A DNA stretch of 64,000 nucleotides from Oligoflexia bacterium (lineage in GTDB: Bacteria; Bdellovibrionota; Bdellovibrionia; JABDDW01): NCBI GenBank assembly GCA_034439615.1, contig JAWXAT010000047.1:133984-197983 (forward strand), in the 5' to 3' direction. A program made the position numbers and the translations under genes. Shown here piece after piece: positions 15,627-24,210 of the stretch (position 1 is the stretch's first letter; each line of letters opens with the position of its first letter). The notes under the pieces were generated by a model. That model was not told the origin of the DNA and searched no databases. It saw nothing but the letters and a program-made list of their open reading frames with translations.

Positions 15627-16103
15627 CTAAAAACCTGAGGCTAGAATGAGGTATTCCTTCCATGAATCTGGAGCTTGAGCATACGAGAATTTTACCTGAA
15701 CTTTTGGAAGCCACGTTGGGACGATTGGTTTACTTTTTAATCTCATACTTGCTTCAGCAGGTGTTCGCCCTCCTTTTTTCTGATTGCATGAGATACAAGC
15801 TGTAACAATATTTATCCAATTCTTTTTTCCACCTTGAACAGCGGGTATCACGTGATCAAGTGTTAATTGTTTTGGATGAAATCTTCTCTCGCAATACTGA
15901 CAACTAAAATCATCACGAATATAAATATTCTCGCGCGAGAAACGAATGTAACTTTGATTACGAATTTTAACATAGTGATTAAGTCTGATAATACTTGGCA
16001 AGCGGTATGTGAACCGAACGGTTCTAACAAATTCATCGTGCTCTTCAATCACCTCAACTTTACCCTGGAAAAGCAATGTCATGGCTTTTTCCCAGTTTAC
16101 CAC
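15627..16103 (-). CDS. HNH endonuclease
   Basis: It has CQYCERRF...LTLDHVIPAVQGGKKNWINIVTACISCNQKKGGRTP (HNH with two CxxC pairs). The start is GTG 16103, but conserved family sequence continues upstream without a start codon (see findings). Confidence 0.8.
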   Translation of the reverse strand: MVNWEKAMTLLFQGKVEVIEEHDEFVRTVRFTYRLPSIIRLNHYVKIRNQSYIRFSRENIYIRDDFSCQYCERRFHPKQLTLDHVIPAVQGGKKNWINIVTACISCNQKKGGRTPAEASMRLKSKPIVPTWLPKVQVKFSYAQAPDSWKEYLILASGF

Positions 16104-16241
16104 CTTCAGTGGTTCATATGAGGCATTGAGGACTAAGGCATGTGTGAGTTGATTCTTGAAAGTTACTCCCCCTTGTTCCTATCTTCTATTTTTTCGAGCT
16201 ATGACCGGAGAGTCAAGTCAAGGTTCACTCTTATATAAAAC

Positions 16242-16559
16242 CTAGACTTTTATATTGACCCCCTGGCCCACTTGTTCGCTCGCATCTGTACATGAAAATT
16301 TCTGATACGCCTTAATAGCTTCTGACTTCAGTTTATTTTTCTGATTTCGATTTTTTTCTTTTTTCTTTTCGTGTGATTTTTCAAGAAGATCTAGAATTTT
16401 TCCCAAACGTGGTGATTTGCCTTCTGAGGTAGAAGCATCGTGTTCATTACTAGTTGCTTGTGGCTCACTGATTGTCTTCACCCTTAACTTATCGAGCGCG
16501 ACTTTATCAAAACTAGTCGCAGGTGCTGAGATCGGTTTACCTATGGTATCTAGACGCAT
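16242..16559 (-). CDS. hypothetical protein (Lys-rich C-terminal half)
   Basis: I moved the start to ATG 16559 (GGGGAG SD). I recognise no motif. Confidence 0.4.
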   Translation of the reverse strand: MRLDTIGKPISAPATSFDKVALDKLRVKTISEPQATSNEHDASTSEGKSPRLGKILDLLEKSHEKKKEKNRNQKNKLKSEAIKAYQKFSCTDASEQVGQGVNIKV

Positions 16560-16692
16560 TTGACTCCCCACATATGATCTATTATACCAGAAATTACGCA
16601 AACTTAACGCTTTGCGCTATAAACCTGTTATATTAAGCGTTTAGACTGATGTAGGGAATTTTGACCAAGATAGGATCAAATATAAGAATCGA

Positions 16693-17580
16693 TTATTTGA
16701 ATTTGGAAAACGTTATAAAGGGGTCTTGGATTTTAAGTTTTGATATTTTCTTTTGAAGTTCTTGATCCCACGAAGCAAGCACAAGAGCACGCAATTGACC
16801 AAGATTGCGCACTTGAACACGTTTAGAATTATTCTTAAATTTTAAAGCCAACTCTAGTAAATGTTTTGCCAGCGGAACAATTCCTTCATCTCTGTTTGCT
16901 GATGTTAAAAAAACATTTCGAGGTGTTTTACTTTCTTGTTCAACAAGATTTTTTAATTCTTGAGCTAAAATATCTGCACCTACACGATCTGATTTATTGA
17001 CGATAAATACATCTGCAATTTCTAATATTCCGGCTTTAAGTGTTTGTATAACGTCACCACTTTCAGGAACAAGAATAACGGCTGTGGCGTGTGCAAGATT
17101 CATAATTTCTAATTCAGTTTGGCCGACTCCCACTGTTTCTATGAGAATGAGATCAAATCCACAATATTCAAGTACTCGGGCCATGGCTCCAGATGCGGCA
17201 CTTAAGCCACCTACTCCGCCCCGCGAGCCGATACTTCGAATAAATACATTCGAATCTGCAGAGTGTTCATTCATTCTTATTCGATCACCTAAAAGGGCTC
17301 CGCCTGAAAAAGGTGAAGATGGATCAACTGCCAAGACTCCAATTTTATAATCATCTTTTCGGTAATTTTTAATTAAGAGATTCACAAGTGTACTTTTGCC
17401 AGCACCTGGAGGGCCGGTAATGCCTATGCGTAAAGACTTTTTAGAAGCTTTAAGCTTTGCGATTTGAGGTAAAGATCCTTTTAAATCACGTTCAATAAAC
17501 GTCAATGAACGGGCTAACGCACCAATATCACCAAGAGATGCCTGCTTTATAAGTGAACTGAGTGACTCTTTGGGCGCCAT
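16693..17580 (-). CDS. meaB: MeaB/ArgK-type G3E GTPase (methylmalonyl-CoA mutase-associated chaperone family)
   Basis: It has the P-loop GITGPPGAGKSTLVN, then ETVGVGQTE and NKSD. Confidence 0.8.
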   Translation of the reverse strand: MAPKESLSSLIKQASLGDIGALARSLTFIERDLKGSLPQIAKLKASKKSLRIGITGPPGAGKSTLVNLLIKNYRKDDYKIGVLAVDPSSPFSGGALLGDRIRMNEHSADSNVFIRSIGSRGGVGGLSAASGAMARVLEYCGFDLILIETVGVGQTELEIMNLAHATAVILVPESGDVIQTLKAGILEIADVFIVNKSDRVGADILAQELKNLVEQESKTPRNVFLTSANRDEGIVPLAKHLLELALKFKNNSKRVQVRNLGQLRALVLASWDQELQKKISKLKIQDPFITFSKFK

Positions 17581-17778
17581 TTGTGTCTTTGCTCCTCTAT
17601 AAACAATCTAGTCATAAACCATTGATCTTGTAATGGTTTTTCTTTTTACTGCTTACACATGTACAAATTCTCGACACACATCATTGGCACCATTCATTGG
17701 CATCATCGCAATTTTCAAATACTTCCAACAAGTTAAGCGTTTTCACATCTGGCGCATCTTGTGAAATAGAGAATAGCT

Positions 17779-18861
17779 ATGAAACGCTTGATACTTATCA
17801 TTATTGCAGTTGCTGTTGCGGGGAAGCTCTTTGCACTTCTCATAACCAGTATTGTTCATGGTCCTTCTGAAAAAATTAAGGGATCGCAGTTTTTTGATAA
17901 AATGACAAATGAGCAAATTCAACAAAATAAATTCAGCCCGCAAGTTACTCAGCCGCTCGCTAAAACATCAAAGGTTGTAACAACCTTTAAGAACACCCCA
18001 GTTAAACTAAATAATCCTATCAAATTGTCTAAGACCGAAAAAGCACAAGTTAAAAAAGTTAAGTTAGCTCAAGCTAAGAAAGTAAAAACAGAAAATGAAA
18101 AGAAACGCCGTAAAAAACGTCGTAAAAAATTAGAAGATGTAGCTAGCAAAAAATCCAGCGGACCAAAGTTTACAGTGATCAATACAGATACATCTGATGA
18201 TCCAATGTCACAAAATAACAATGGTTTTGGTGTAGGTGCAGTTATCACTTCAACTACACCTGCACCCACACCTGCAAAACCTAAAGTTAAAAGTGCCGCC
18301 ACTGGATTACCCACACCTCAAGTGGGTTCAGTGAATGTCGGGGCATTGACGATCAAACTCATTAACACCCCAACATATGCAGATATGACTACCATCATTA
18401 AGTACTATCAAGAACATCGCATCAGTTCGGCTGAGTACTACAATGTTATTAGCCAAATGCAGACAAGTGAAAATGTAGATTCAAGAAGACTTGCAGTCAT
18501 GGGGGCTTCATTAGAGCAAAACGTAAATGCATTCCAAGCATTGTCAAAAGCAACAATTGACGAAGATGCTTCAACAAGAGAAACAGCAAGCCAAGCGCTC
18601 AAGAGTTATGAAAATATCACGAGTCTTTCGATTATCTCTGAAGCTTTGGTAAACGGAGTTTTGGTATCTAAGATTACAGCTTCAAATATACTCAATGAAG
18701 TAGCAAAGGGTTTTCAGGCTAATCCTGATCCAAATCAACGCACATTATTCTCACCCTTTGTTGATATTTTAAATCCGTTAGTTGAAGACGGATCATCCCC
18801 TGATCTTCAAGCGAGTGCCTCAACAACACTTTCAACAATCAAAAGTATTATTCAAAGTTAA
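17779..18861 (+). CDS. hypothetical membrane-anchored protein with Lys-rich linker and HEAT-like C-terminal region
   Basis: It has an N-terminal TM (LILIIIAVAVAGKLFALLI), a KKRRKKRRKK stretch and a helical-repeat C-terminus. Confidence 0.55.
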   Translation: MKRLILIIIAVAVAGKLFALLITSIVHGPSEKIKGSQFFDKMTNEQIQQNKFSPQVTQPLAKTSKVVTTFKNTPVKLNNPIKLSKTEKAQVKKVKLAQAKKVKTENEKKRRKKRRKKLEDVASKKSSGPKFTVINTDTSDDPMSQNNNGFGVGAVITSTTPAPTPAKPKVKSAATGLPTPQVGSVNVGALTIKLINTPTYADMTTIIKYYQEHRISSAEYYNVISQMQTSENVDSRRLAVMGASLEQNVNAFQALSKATIDEDASTRETASQALKSYENITSLSIISEALVNGVLVSKITASNILNEVAKGFQANPDPNQRTLFSPFVDILNPLVEDGSSPDLQASASTTLSTIKSIIQS

Positions 18862-20483
18862 TTCGCAGGAAACAAATGATACGGGTATAAAAACGTAAAT
18901 CCCTCTTTTTGCATTCTTGGTAATATCGACTTTAGCGCAACAACAGTTTGCGGATGAACATCATGAAACAAGATTACACCACGATTGTTGTAAAGTTTTA
19001 ATTGCGAGAACACACGCTCTTCTATGGTCACAGGATTAAGATCATGCCAATCAAGGGAATCTACATTCCACATAATGTGTTTCATGGGAATATTTTGCGA
19101 TGCACCATGTGCATTAGTTGTTGTGGTGCCCACTACGGTGTCAGTGATAACTTTTAAAATACGATCATCGCGGCTGCCGTAGGGCGCTCTAAAAAACTCA
19201 GGCGCTGTAAGTGTTCGTGGAATATTAAAAAGTGCGTGAAAAAAAAGTTGGTAGTAGTTATTAAACTCTTCAGCACCACCAAGTATTGTTTGAATCATAT
19301 TTTGAGTGATGTCGATTTCTCTACGTGCAGCTTCGATGATGAGTTTTATCATCTGCACGTGATTATACGAATGATTACCGATTAAAAAACCATCTTTTGC
19401 TAAACCTAAAGTAATTTGAGGGTATTTTATAATCGCATCTCCCACTTCAAAAAATGTTGCAGGCAGTTTTAATTCTTTTAAAACTTTTTGTACCGCGCGC
19501 GTATGCGTTTCATGCGGGCCATCATCAAAAGTAAGAACAATTTGTTTCGTGCTAAGCGAACTACCGTTGGCTTCAAGGGGGTGTGAGTAATTCATTCTAA
19601 CTTGTGAGCGCAATTCATCAGAAATTTCATTTAGTTCTTTACTAGTAAGTTTTCTCGTAGGGTAAGGTCTGCCATAAAGCTCCCATCGCATCCTGTAATG
19701 TTGCATTGAACTTAAGGCCGCCTCTAACTCGGTAACATTGCCTGATGCTGCATGCTGATCTGCAAGTTGGCGGAGTCCCATCATCTTAAGACCCATGCTC
19801 TTTGCTGCTTCTTGTCTCTCGTTATTTGGATCTTTAGTATGACAGCCGTTTGGGTTTGGAGGACTTACTTTATAAATATCCACCCAAGTTCTGGAGAATA
19901 TTCCCATTCCCTCATAAAGACTGGCTGAGCTTAATCCCTCTTTTGCAAAAAAATCGATATGCCAACCTTGAATGCCATTTCCGATATCTTCAGCTTTAAA
20001 AATTCCGTCATGAATTGAACCATCAGGGAGCTTCATACCTTTAACAGCTGGGATAAAAACTGTACTACCAAGAGGAATCTCTCGCGTATCAACAGCGATA
20101 GTTCTGTAGGGCGTGAGAACACAATCGCCCACACCCATGCCCCAAGTTGATGTTGTGTATTTATAGCGAACTTCTCCGTTTATGACGTTTGCATAGTTTA
20201 CTGTTTTTCCGTTTAAAAGAATTCCTGTACCTTCAATATCTAGTTCCTTTTTAAACTTGGCTGATACCTTCGCAAGCACATTACCAACTGTGTCCTTTAT
20301 TTCAGCATCAGTGCCAGGAACGTAAGATTTTTCATTAAGCACATAATAAAATGTTGAATAAAAGCTGCCGATTTTCTCACCACTATTAATAGTAGTTGTC
20401 GCATGGGCGGTCTGATTTATTGTGAATAGTAATAGCCAAATAATTTTAACAGCGAACAGCTGGCTGATATTTTTGAACGACAT
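18858..20483 (-). CDS. secreted MltA-like 3D-domain / NodB polysaccharide deacetylase fusion protein
   Basis: The signal peptide ends in AHA. The N-terminal half carries TIAVDTREIPLGSTVFIP...AEDIGNGIQGWHIDFF (MltA/3D domain). The C-terminal half carries TFDDGPHE...NHSYNH...LFHD (NodB homology motifs). The start is taken at ATG 20483. Confidence 0.8.
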   Translation of the reverse strand: MSFKNISQLFAVKIIWLLLFTINQTAHATTTINSGEKIGSFYSTFYYVLNEKSYVPGTDAEIKDTVGNVLAKVSAKFKKELDIEGTGILLNGKTVNYANVINGEVRYKYTTSTWGMGVGDCVLTPYRTIAVDTREIPLGSTVFIPAVKGMKLPDGSIHDGIFKAEDIGNGIQGWHIDFFAKEGLSSASLYEGMGIFSRTWVDIYKVSPPNPNGCHTKDPNNERQEAAKSMGLKMMGLRQLADQHAASGNVTELEAALSSMQHYRMRWELYGRPYPTRKLTSKELNEISDELRSQVRMNYSHPLEANGSSLSTKQIVLTFDDGPHETHTRAVQKVLKELKLPATFFEVGDAIIKYPQITLGLAKDGFLIGNHSYNHVQMIKLIIEAARREIDITQNMIQTILGGAEEFNNYYQLFFHALFNIPRTLTAPEFFRAPYGSRDDRILKVITDTVVGTTTTNAHGASQNIPMKHIMWNVDSLDWHDLNPVTIEERVFSQLKLYNNRGVILFHDVHPQTVVALKSILPRMQKEGFTFLYPYHLFPAN

Positions 20484-21387
20484 GGAGTCCGGCCCTTTCA
20501 TAAAAGTTTAACTCAGTTGTCCAATCAATACGGACTGTTTCGCATCCTTTAGATTTCAAAATTTCCCAACTTGCTTTTAAAATTTCAGAACCGTAGCCCT
20601 CACCTCGAGCAAACGAAGCAACACCAATTGGGCCCAACCCACACGTGCCCTTCATTGGCGTAGCAAAATAAACACCCGGGGCCCAGTAATCTGTGTTCCA
20701 ACCATACAGTCGCGCATAGCCCACGATTTTGTCTTTTATGAAATATGCAAAATAGTGCTGAAGTTTATTATTTTGTGCATCTTCTATAATTTCTCGAGCC
20801 CATCGCCCCTTAAATTCGGCTTCAACAAAACTTAACAGTTCTTTTTCCTCTGCCTTATTTTGTGTTTGGCGAAGAATGCCTGGCGACTGCTGCACACTTC
20901 GCAGGCTTTGATCTGCTTGATGTTTAAGATTTACTTGCTCTATGAGTTCTTCGATTGAACCTTGAAAATCCATGACGACTTCCCCCGTTGGGGAGAAATA
21001 CTCAAGCCAAGGTTTTTGCTCACTCAGTAACGGAACTCCAGGAAACAAATGTTTGTCACCGCCGCCAAAAGTAATTTTTTTTATTTCAAGTTCAAGAGCT
21101 TTTTCGTCTAGAGCGTCAATAGCCTGCTTGCAAATATGCTTAATTGACGATGTTTTAAGAGGTACTGCGAGATGAAGCCTGAGCTGCGTACTCTCTTTTT
21201 TGATGAATAGGCAAAAATCATTGTTTTGGATTATGAATCGATCTGTTGGAGGCAAAGTGAAAAATGTCGCCTCAAGCAGCTCACTTGTAAGTGGAAGCTG
21301 TGCGCCATAATGGGCATTCCATGCCTCTAAAATTCCTTCCATCTCCATATACTTAAGAATTAGCCCATCTTCGCTTTTGACAGTCAA
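20446..21387 (-). CDS. GNAT-family N-acetyltransferase with N-terminal domain of unknown function
   Basis: The C-terminal portion IVGYARLYGW...ARGEGYGSEILKASWEILKSKG...NFYERAGL fits GNAT motif A. The 3' end overlaps the deacetylase start. Confidence 0.7.
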   Translation of the reverse strand: MTVKSEDGLILKYMEMEGILEAWNAHYGAQLPLTSELLEATFFTLPPTDRFIIQNNDFCLFIKKESTQLRLHLAVPLKTSSIKHICKQAIDALDEKALELEIKKITFGGGDKHLFPGVPLLSEQKPWLEYFSPTGEVVMDFQGSIEELIEQVNLKHQADQSLRSVQQSPGILRQTQNKAEEKELLSFVEAEFKGRWAREIIEDAQNNKLQHYFAYFIKDKIVGYARLYGWNTDYWAPGVYFATPMKGTCGLGPIGVASFARGEGYGSEILKASWEILKSKGCETVRIDWTTELNFYERAGLHVVQKYQPAVRC

Positions 21388-21427
21388 TGCTTAATTTTGC
21401 AGACTACTTAGAGGGAGTCGTCTCTTC

Positions 21428-22156
21428 ATGCAGAAAAGTTATATATTCGCTTTAATCTTCTCATTCATCGCGCTGATTCCCAGTGCCCATGCAACGCTTT
21501 CGATTCCCTCTGGTTTGTCAGATGGCGAACAAGAACTCGTTCTTCAAATTTTAGGCTTTGGTACAAGTTTTCGCCCAGTAGATAATCCTTATCCACTAGG
21601 TGGGTACAGCGGTGTCGAGCTAGGTTTAAGTTTTTCTAACATTCCAACTGGTGACATCGGGCATTTCGGAGACAAAGCTGCGGTTGATCGCAACGTGCTT
21701 TACCCCCAACTGACTTTGGGTAAAGGAATTTTTGATAGCGTTGATTTATTTTTTAATTTTTCACCTTACAATGAAAACACAGGCATTGGAGTCTACTCAG
21801 GCGCATTACGGTGGGGGTTTTTTCAAGCTACTTTTGTGCCCGCATGTTTTAGTTTACTTGTTCATGGCACCAACACGAATTTCAACAACGTTCTCATTAC
21901 ACAAACTATGGGAGTTGATTTAATATCAGGTGTTAACGTTGATCCATTCTCATTTTATGTTGGGGCGGGAAGTCTTTACGGAATGGGCCAATTTGATTCA
22001 AGCATTACCACGAGCCGTACAAAACGAAATCAAGTGGGCAGAACTTTTCACACAATTTTGGGCATGAACATCGCTTTAGGCGAAATGTTTTTGGCAATGG
22101 AAGTTGATAGCTACAATACAACTGTTGCCACAGCGAAATTCGGCGCTCGGTTTTAG
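21428..22156 (+). CDS. hypothetical secreted/outer-membrane protein
   Basis: It has a signal peptide (ALIPSAHA), Gly/aromatic-rich beta-like segments and a terminal ...FGARF. Confidence 0.55.
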   Translation: MQKSYIFALIFSFIALIPSAHATLSIPSGLSDGEQELVLQILGFGTSFRPVDNPYPLGGYSGVELGLSFSNIPTGDIGHFGDKAAVDRNVLYPQLTLGKGIFDSVDLFFNFSPYNENTGIGVYSGALRWGFFQATFVPACFSLLVHGTNTNFNNVLITQTMGVDLISGVNVDPFSFYVGAGSLYGMGQFDSSITTSRTKRNQVGRTFHTILGMNIALGEMFLAMEVDSYNTTVATAKFGARF

Positions 22157-22165
22157 TTTTGAGAG

Positions 22166-22639
22166 TTACAATTTTAGAATTTTTTCAACAAGACCGGTTG
22201 TGGAATGCCCTTTTACAAACGGAAGACTTTTTACTAATCCACCATACGACTCAACAAAATCTCTACCTATGATTTTATCTGGAGTCCAATCGCCACCTTT
22301 CACTAGAATTTGAGGCTTCACTAATTTTATAAGTTCAAGGGGAGTTTGTTCATCAAAAATACTGACGGCGTCAACAGCCTTCAGATGCAGTAAAATTTCG
22401 GAACGATCGGATTCATTTTGAATTGGTCGCTGGGGGCCTTTGAGCTTACCAACACTGGCGTCTGAATTAACTCCTATAAAAAGAAAATCACCAAGTGCTC
22501 GCGCTTCACTCAAATAGCGGACATGCCCGAGATGTAAAATATCAAAGCAGCCATTTGTAAAAACAATTTTCTTATTTTGCGTGTGAAGTTTTTCGCAATA
22601 TTCGCTAACTTCAGCCCGACTAAGTGATTTTAATTTCAT
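22166..22639 (-). CDS. hldC: D-glycero-beta-D-manno-heptose 1-phosphate adenylyltransferase (stand-alone RfaE domain II)
   Basis: It has VFTNGCFDILHLGHVRYL...GVNSDASVGKLKGPQRPI...ILVKGGDW...GHSTTGLVEKI, matching HldE C-domain/HldC end to end. Confidence 0.85.
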   Translation of the reverse strand: MKLKSLSRAEVSEYCEKLHTQNKKIVFTNGCFDILHLGHVRYLSEARALGDFLFIGVNSDASVGKLKGPQRPIQNESDRSEILLHLKAVDAVSIFDEQTPLELIKLVKPQILVKGGDWTPDKIIGRDFVESYGGLVKSLPFVKGHSTTGLVEKILKL

Positions 22640-22675
22640 AAATTAATTGCTCAGCTTATGTCTTTTGCCCAAGTT

Positions 22676-23434
22676 TTATCTTTGCTCAGCATAGAGTGAA
22701 ACGCCAGACATCATTCCCGCCACATCTCGTTTTACAATCGTGCTGATAATTGGGAGCAAAACAAATCCGGTTATAGCCACTAAGAATGTGCGCAAAGCCA
22801 CTTTCAACGGATATAAAAGATATTGCTGTTCATGAGGAGCACCGATTCGAAAATCAAATGCGTACTCACCTAATGTTTTGCCAAAAAATGTGCGGCACGT
22901 GATCGAATATATTTCAAATACAGCAATGAGAAGTACGATCGACGCAAGTTGTGCCCCGCCTTCTGTTTCCATCATAAATCTAAGATCGCCAAATTCGATT
23001 TGTGTTAATGCAAATACGACTGTTGAAAAAATTAGTGTGAGCCCGAGCACCATTGCCGAATCAAATAAACCAACCGTCCAACTTACTGCGACAGGAGTAA
23101 GTGTTTGTGGCTGACTTTGAACTTCTGGCTCGAGCATATCAAGATCAGGAAGGCTCGGTGCCCAACCGCGCGATTTTTGCTGTGGCATATGTTGCGGAGC
23201 TTTTTGTTGTGGAATTTTTTGCAGTGGTAAATGTTGTGGAGCTTTTGGTTGGGGCATCTGTTGCTGTGAGGAATAAGCAGTACCCGGCATCTTACTTCGT
23301 GTCATAGCAGGGCTCGACATTGATTGAGTCGCAGATTTTTGCATGAAGTTTTGATCTTCTTTTATATCCAAAACTTTTTTGTGAAAACCAAGACCTTCGG
23401 TGATTGGCTTAAATTCAAATTCTTCTCTTTCCAT
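22676..23434 (-). CDS. RDD-family-like membrane protein with Gln/Pro-rich repeat linker
   Basis: It has three TM segments and a C-terminal KRDVAGMMSGVSLY, preceded by the PQxKAPQHxPxQK repeat. Confidence 0.55.
   Translation of the reverse strand: MEREEFEFKPITEGLGFHKKVLDIKEDQNFMQKSATQSMSSPAMTRSKMPGTAYSSQQQMPQPKAPQHLPLQKIPQQKAPQHMPQQKSRGWAPSLPDLDMLEPEVQSQPQTLTPVAVSWTVGLFDSAMVLGLTLIFSTVVFALTQIEFGDLRFMMETEGGAQLASIVLLIAVFEIYSITCRTFFGKTLGEYAFDFRIGAPHEQQYLLYPLKVALRTFLVAITGFVLLPIISTIVKRDVAGMMSGVSLYAEQR
23177..23260 (-). repeat. two 42-nt tandem units encoding PQPKAPQHLPLQKI / PQQKAPQHMPQQKS
   Basis: The plus strand reads TTGCTGTGGCATATGTTGCGGAGC... followed by TTGCAGTGGTAAATGTTGTGGAGC... Confidence 0.7.
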
Positions 23435-23454
23435 AAATTTTCTCCCCTAACGAC

Positions 23455-24201
23455 CTAACGCATAAGGCCAAAATGGTATTGTATGACGGACAAAATTGCG
23501 ATGCAAGCCGTTTCAACTCGCAAAACAAGAGAGCCCATTGTTACTGGTTGAAAGCCTAGTTTTTTGAAATTTTCCACTTCAGTTGTACTAAAACCGCCCT
23601 CAGCTCCGATAAAAAGTGTCAGAGTTTCTAAAGTCGACGCCTGTTTTTTCTCTAGAGCTGATTTAATATTTAATACGCCGTCCCCTTCATATAAAAAGAG
23701 GCTTTCATCAGCCTTGGCCAATTCTGAAGCTTTAGCTAATGTGGAAAATTCGGATATCTTCATGGGCCATGCTCTACCCGATTGTTTACACGCTTCACCT
23801 GCGATCTTTTCCCAACGTTTCACTTTGACTGTTAGATCTTTGGACAAGCTTTTTACAAAACTTCTATCACTTACCACTGGCAGAATTTCAGTCGCACCTA
23901 GTTCAACACATTTTTGAATAATCAAATCCATTTTTTGAAATCGAGGAACACATAAAATGATTTTCACATGGGGAAATGGCATTGGTGATAGCTTGTCGAT
24001 TTTTTCAATGTCGAGTGTTGCTGACTTTTTACCAATTTGATTAATCACTGCAAGGGCAATTCGCCCTTCGCCATCAAGGAGTTCAACACGCTCGCCCTCT
24101 TCAAGGCGACAAACGTTTTTTAAATGATGAAACTCATCACCGTCAAGATGTACAGCTTGGTTTTCATTTAAATTATCTGGTGTAACAAAGAATCTACGCA
24201 C
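23455..24201 (-). CDS. rsmE: 16S rRNA (uracil1498-N3)-methyltransferase RsmE
   Basis: It has MRRFFV...HHLKNVCRLEEGERVELLDG...GAEGGFS..E...LG..VLRVETA. Confidence 0.85.
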   Translation of the reverse strand: MRRFFVTPDNLNENQAVHLDGDEFHHLKNVCRLEEGERVELLDGEGRIALAVINQIGKKSATLDIEKIDKLSPMPFPHVKIILCVPRFQKMDLIIQKCVELGATEILPVVSDRSFVKSLSKDLTVKVKRWEKIAGEACKQSGRAWPMKISEFSTLAKASELAKADESLFLYEGDGVLNIKSALEKKQASTLETLTLFIGAEGGFSTTEVENFKKLGFQPVTMGSLVLRVETACIAILSVIQYHFGLMR

Positions 24202-24210
24202 TCAAACACT

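Noticed and set aside
16242-16559. Possibility that the 105-aa hypothetical is the anti-sigma28 factor FlgM (small protein near the flagellar locus, begins MRLD...).
   Set aside because: The C-terminal half lacks the FlgM sigma28-binding helices and is instead a Lys-rich tract. There is no support beyond size and location.
14665-16601. RAYT + HNH + hypothetical considered as a single defence or mobile system.
   Set aside because: The genes are convergent or separate, with no coupling, no shared repeats and no recognisable defence-system partner such as an ATPase, methylase or TnpB. I report them as individual oddities only.
16997-17350. 117-aa ORF antisense inside meaB. Similar nested or antisense ORFs include 743-1000, 9068-9376, 23564-23917, 36036-36422, 40904-41215 and 46834-47121.
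   Set aside because: Each lies entirely within, and on the opposite strand or out of frame with, a gene that has strong motif support. The translations are low-complexity (Ser/Pro/Arg-rich) with no SD or recognisable motif, so they are shadow ORFs.
17683-17705. TGGCAC followed by TTGGCA (direct repeat TCATTGGCA x2) upstream of 17779, examined as a possible sigma54 promoter.
   Set aside because: There is no GC dinucleotide at the required 12-nt offset from the GG, so the spacing is off by 2. It does not fit the -24/-12 geometry.
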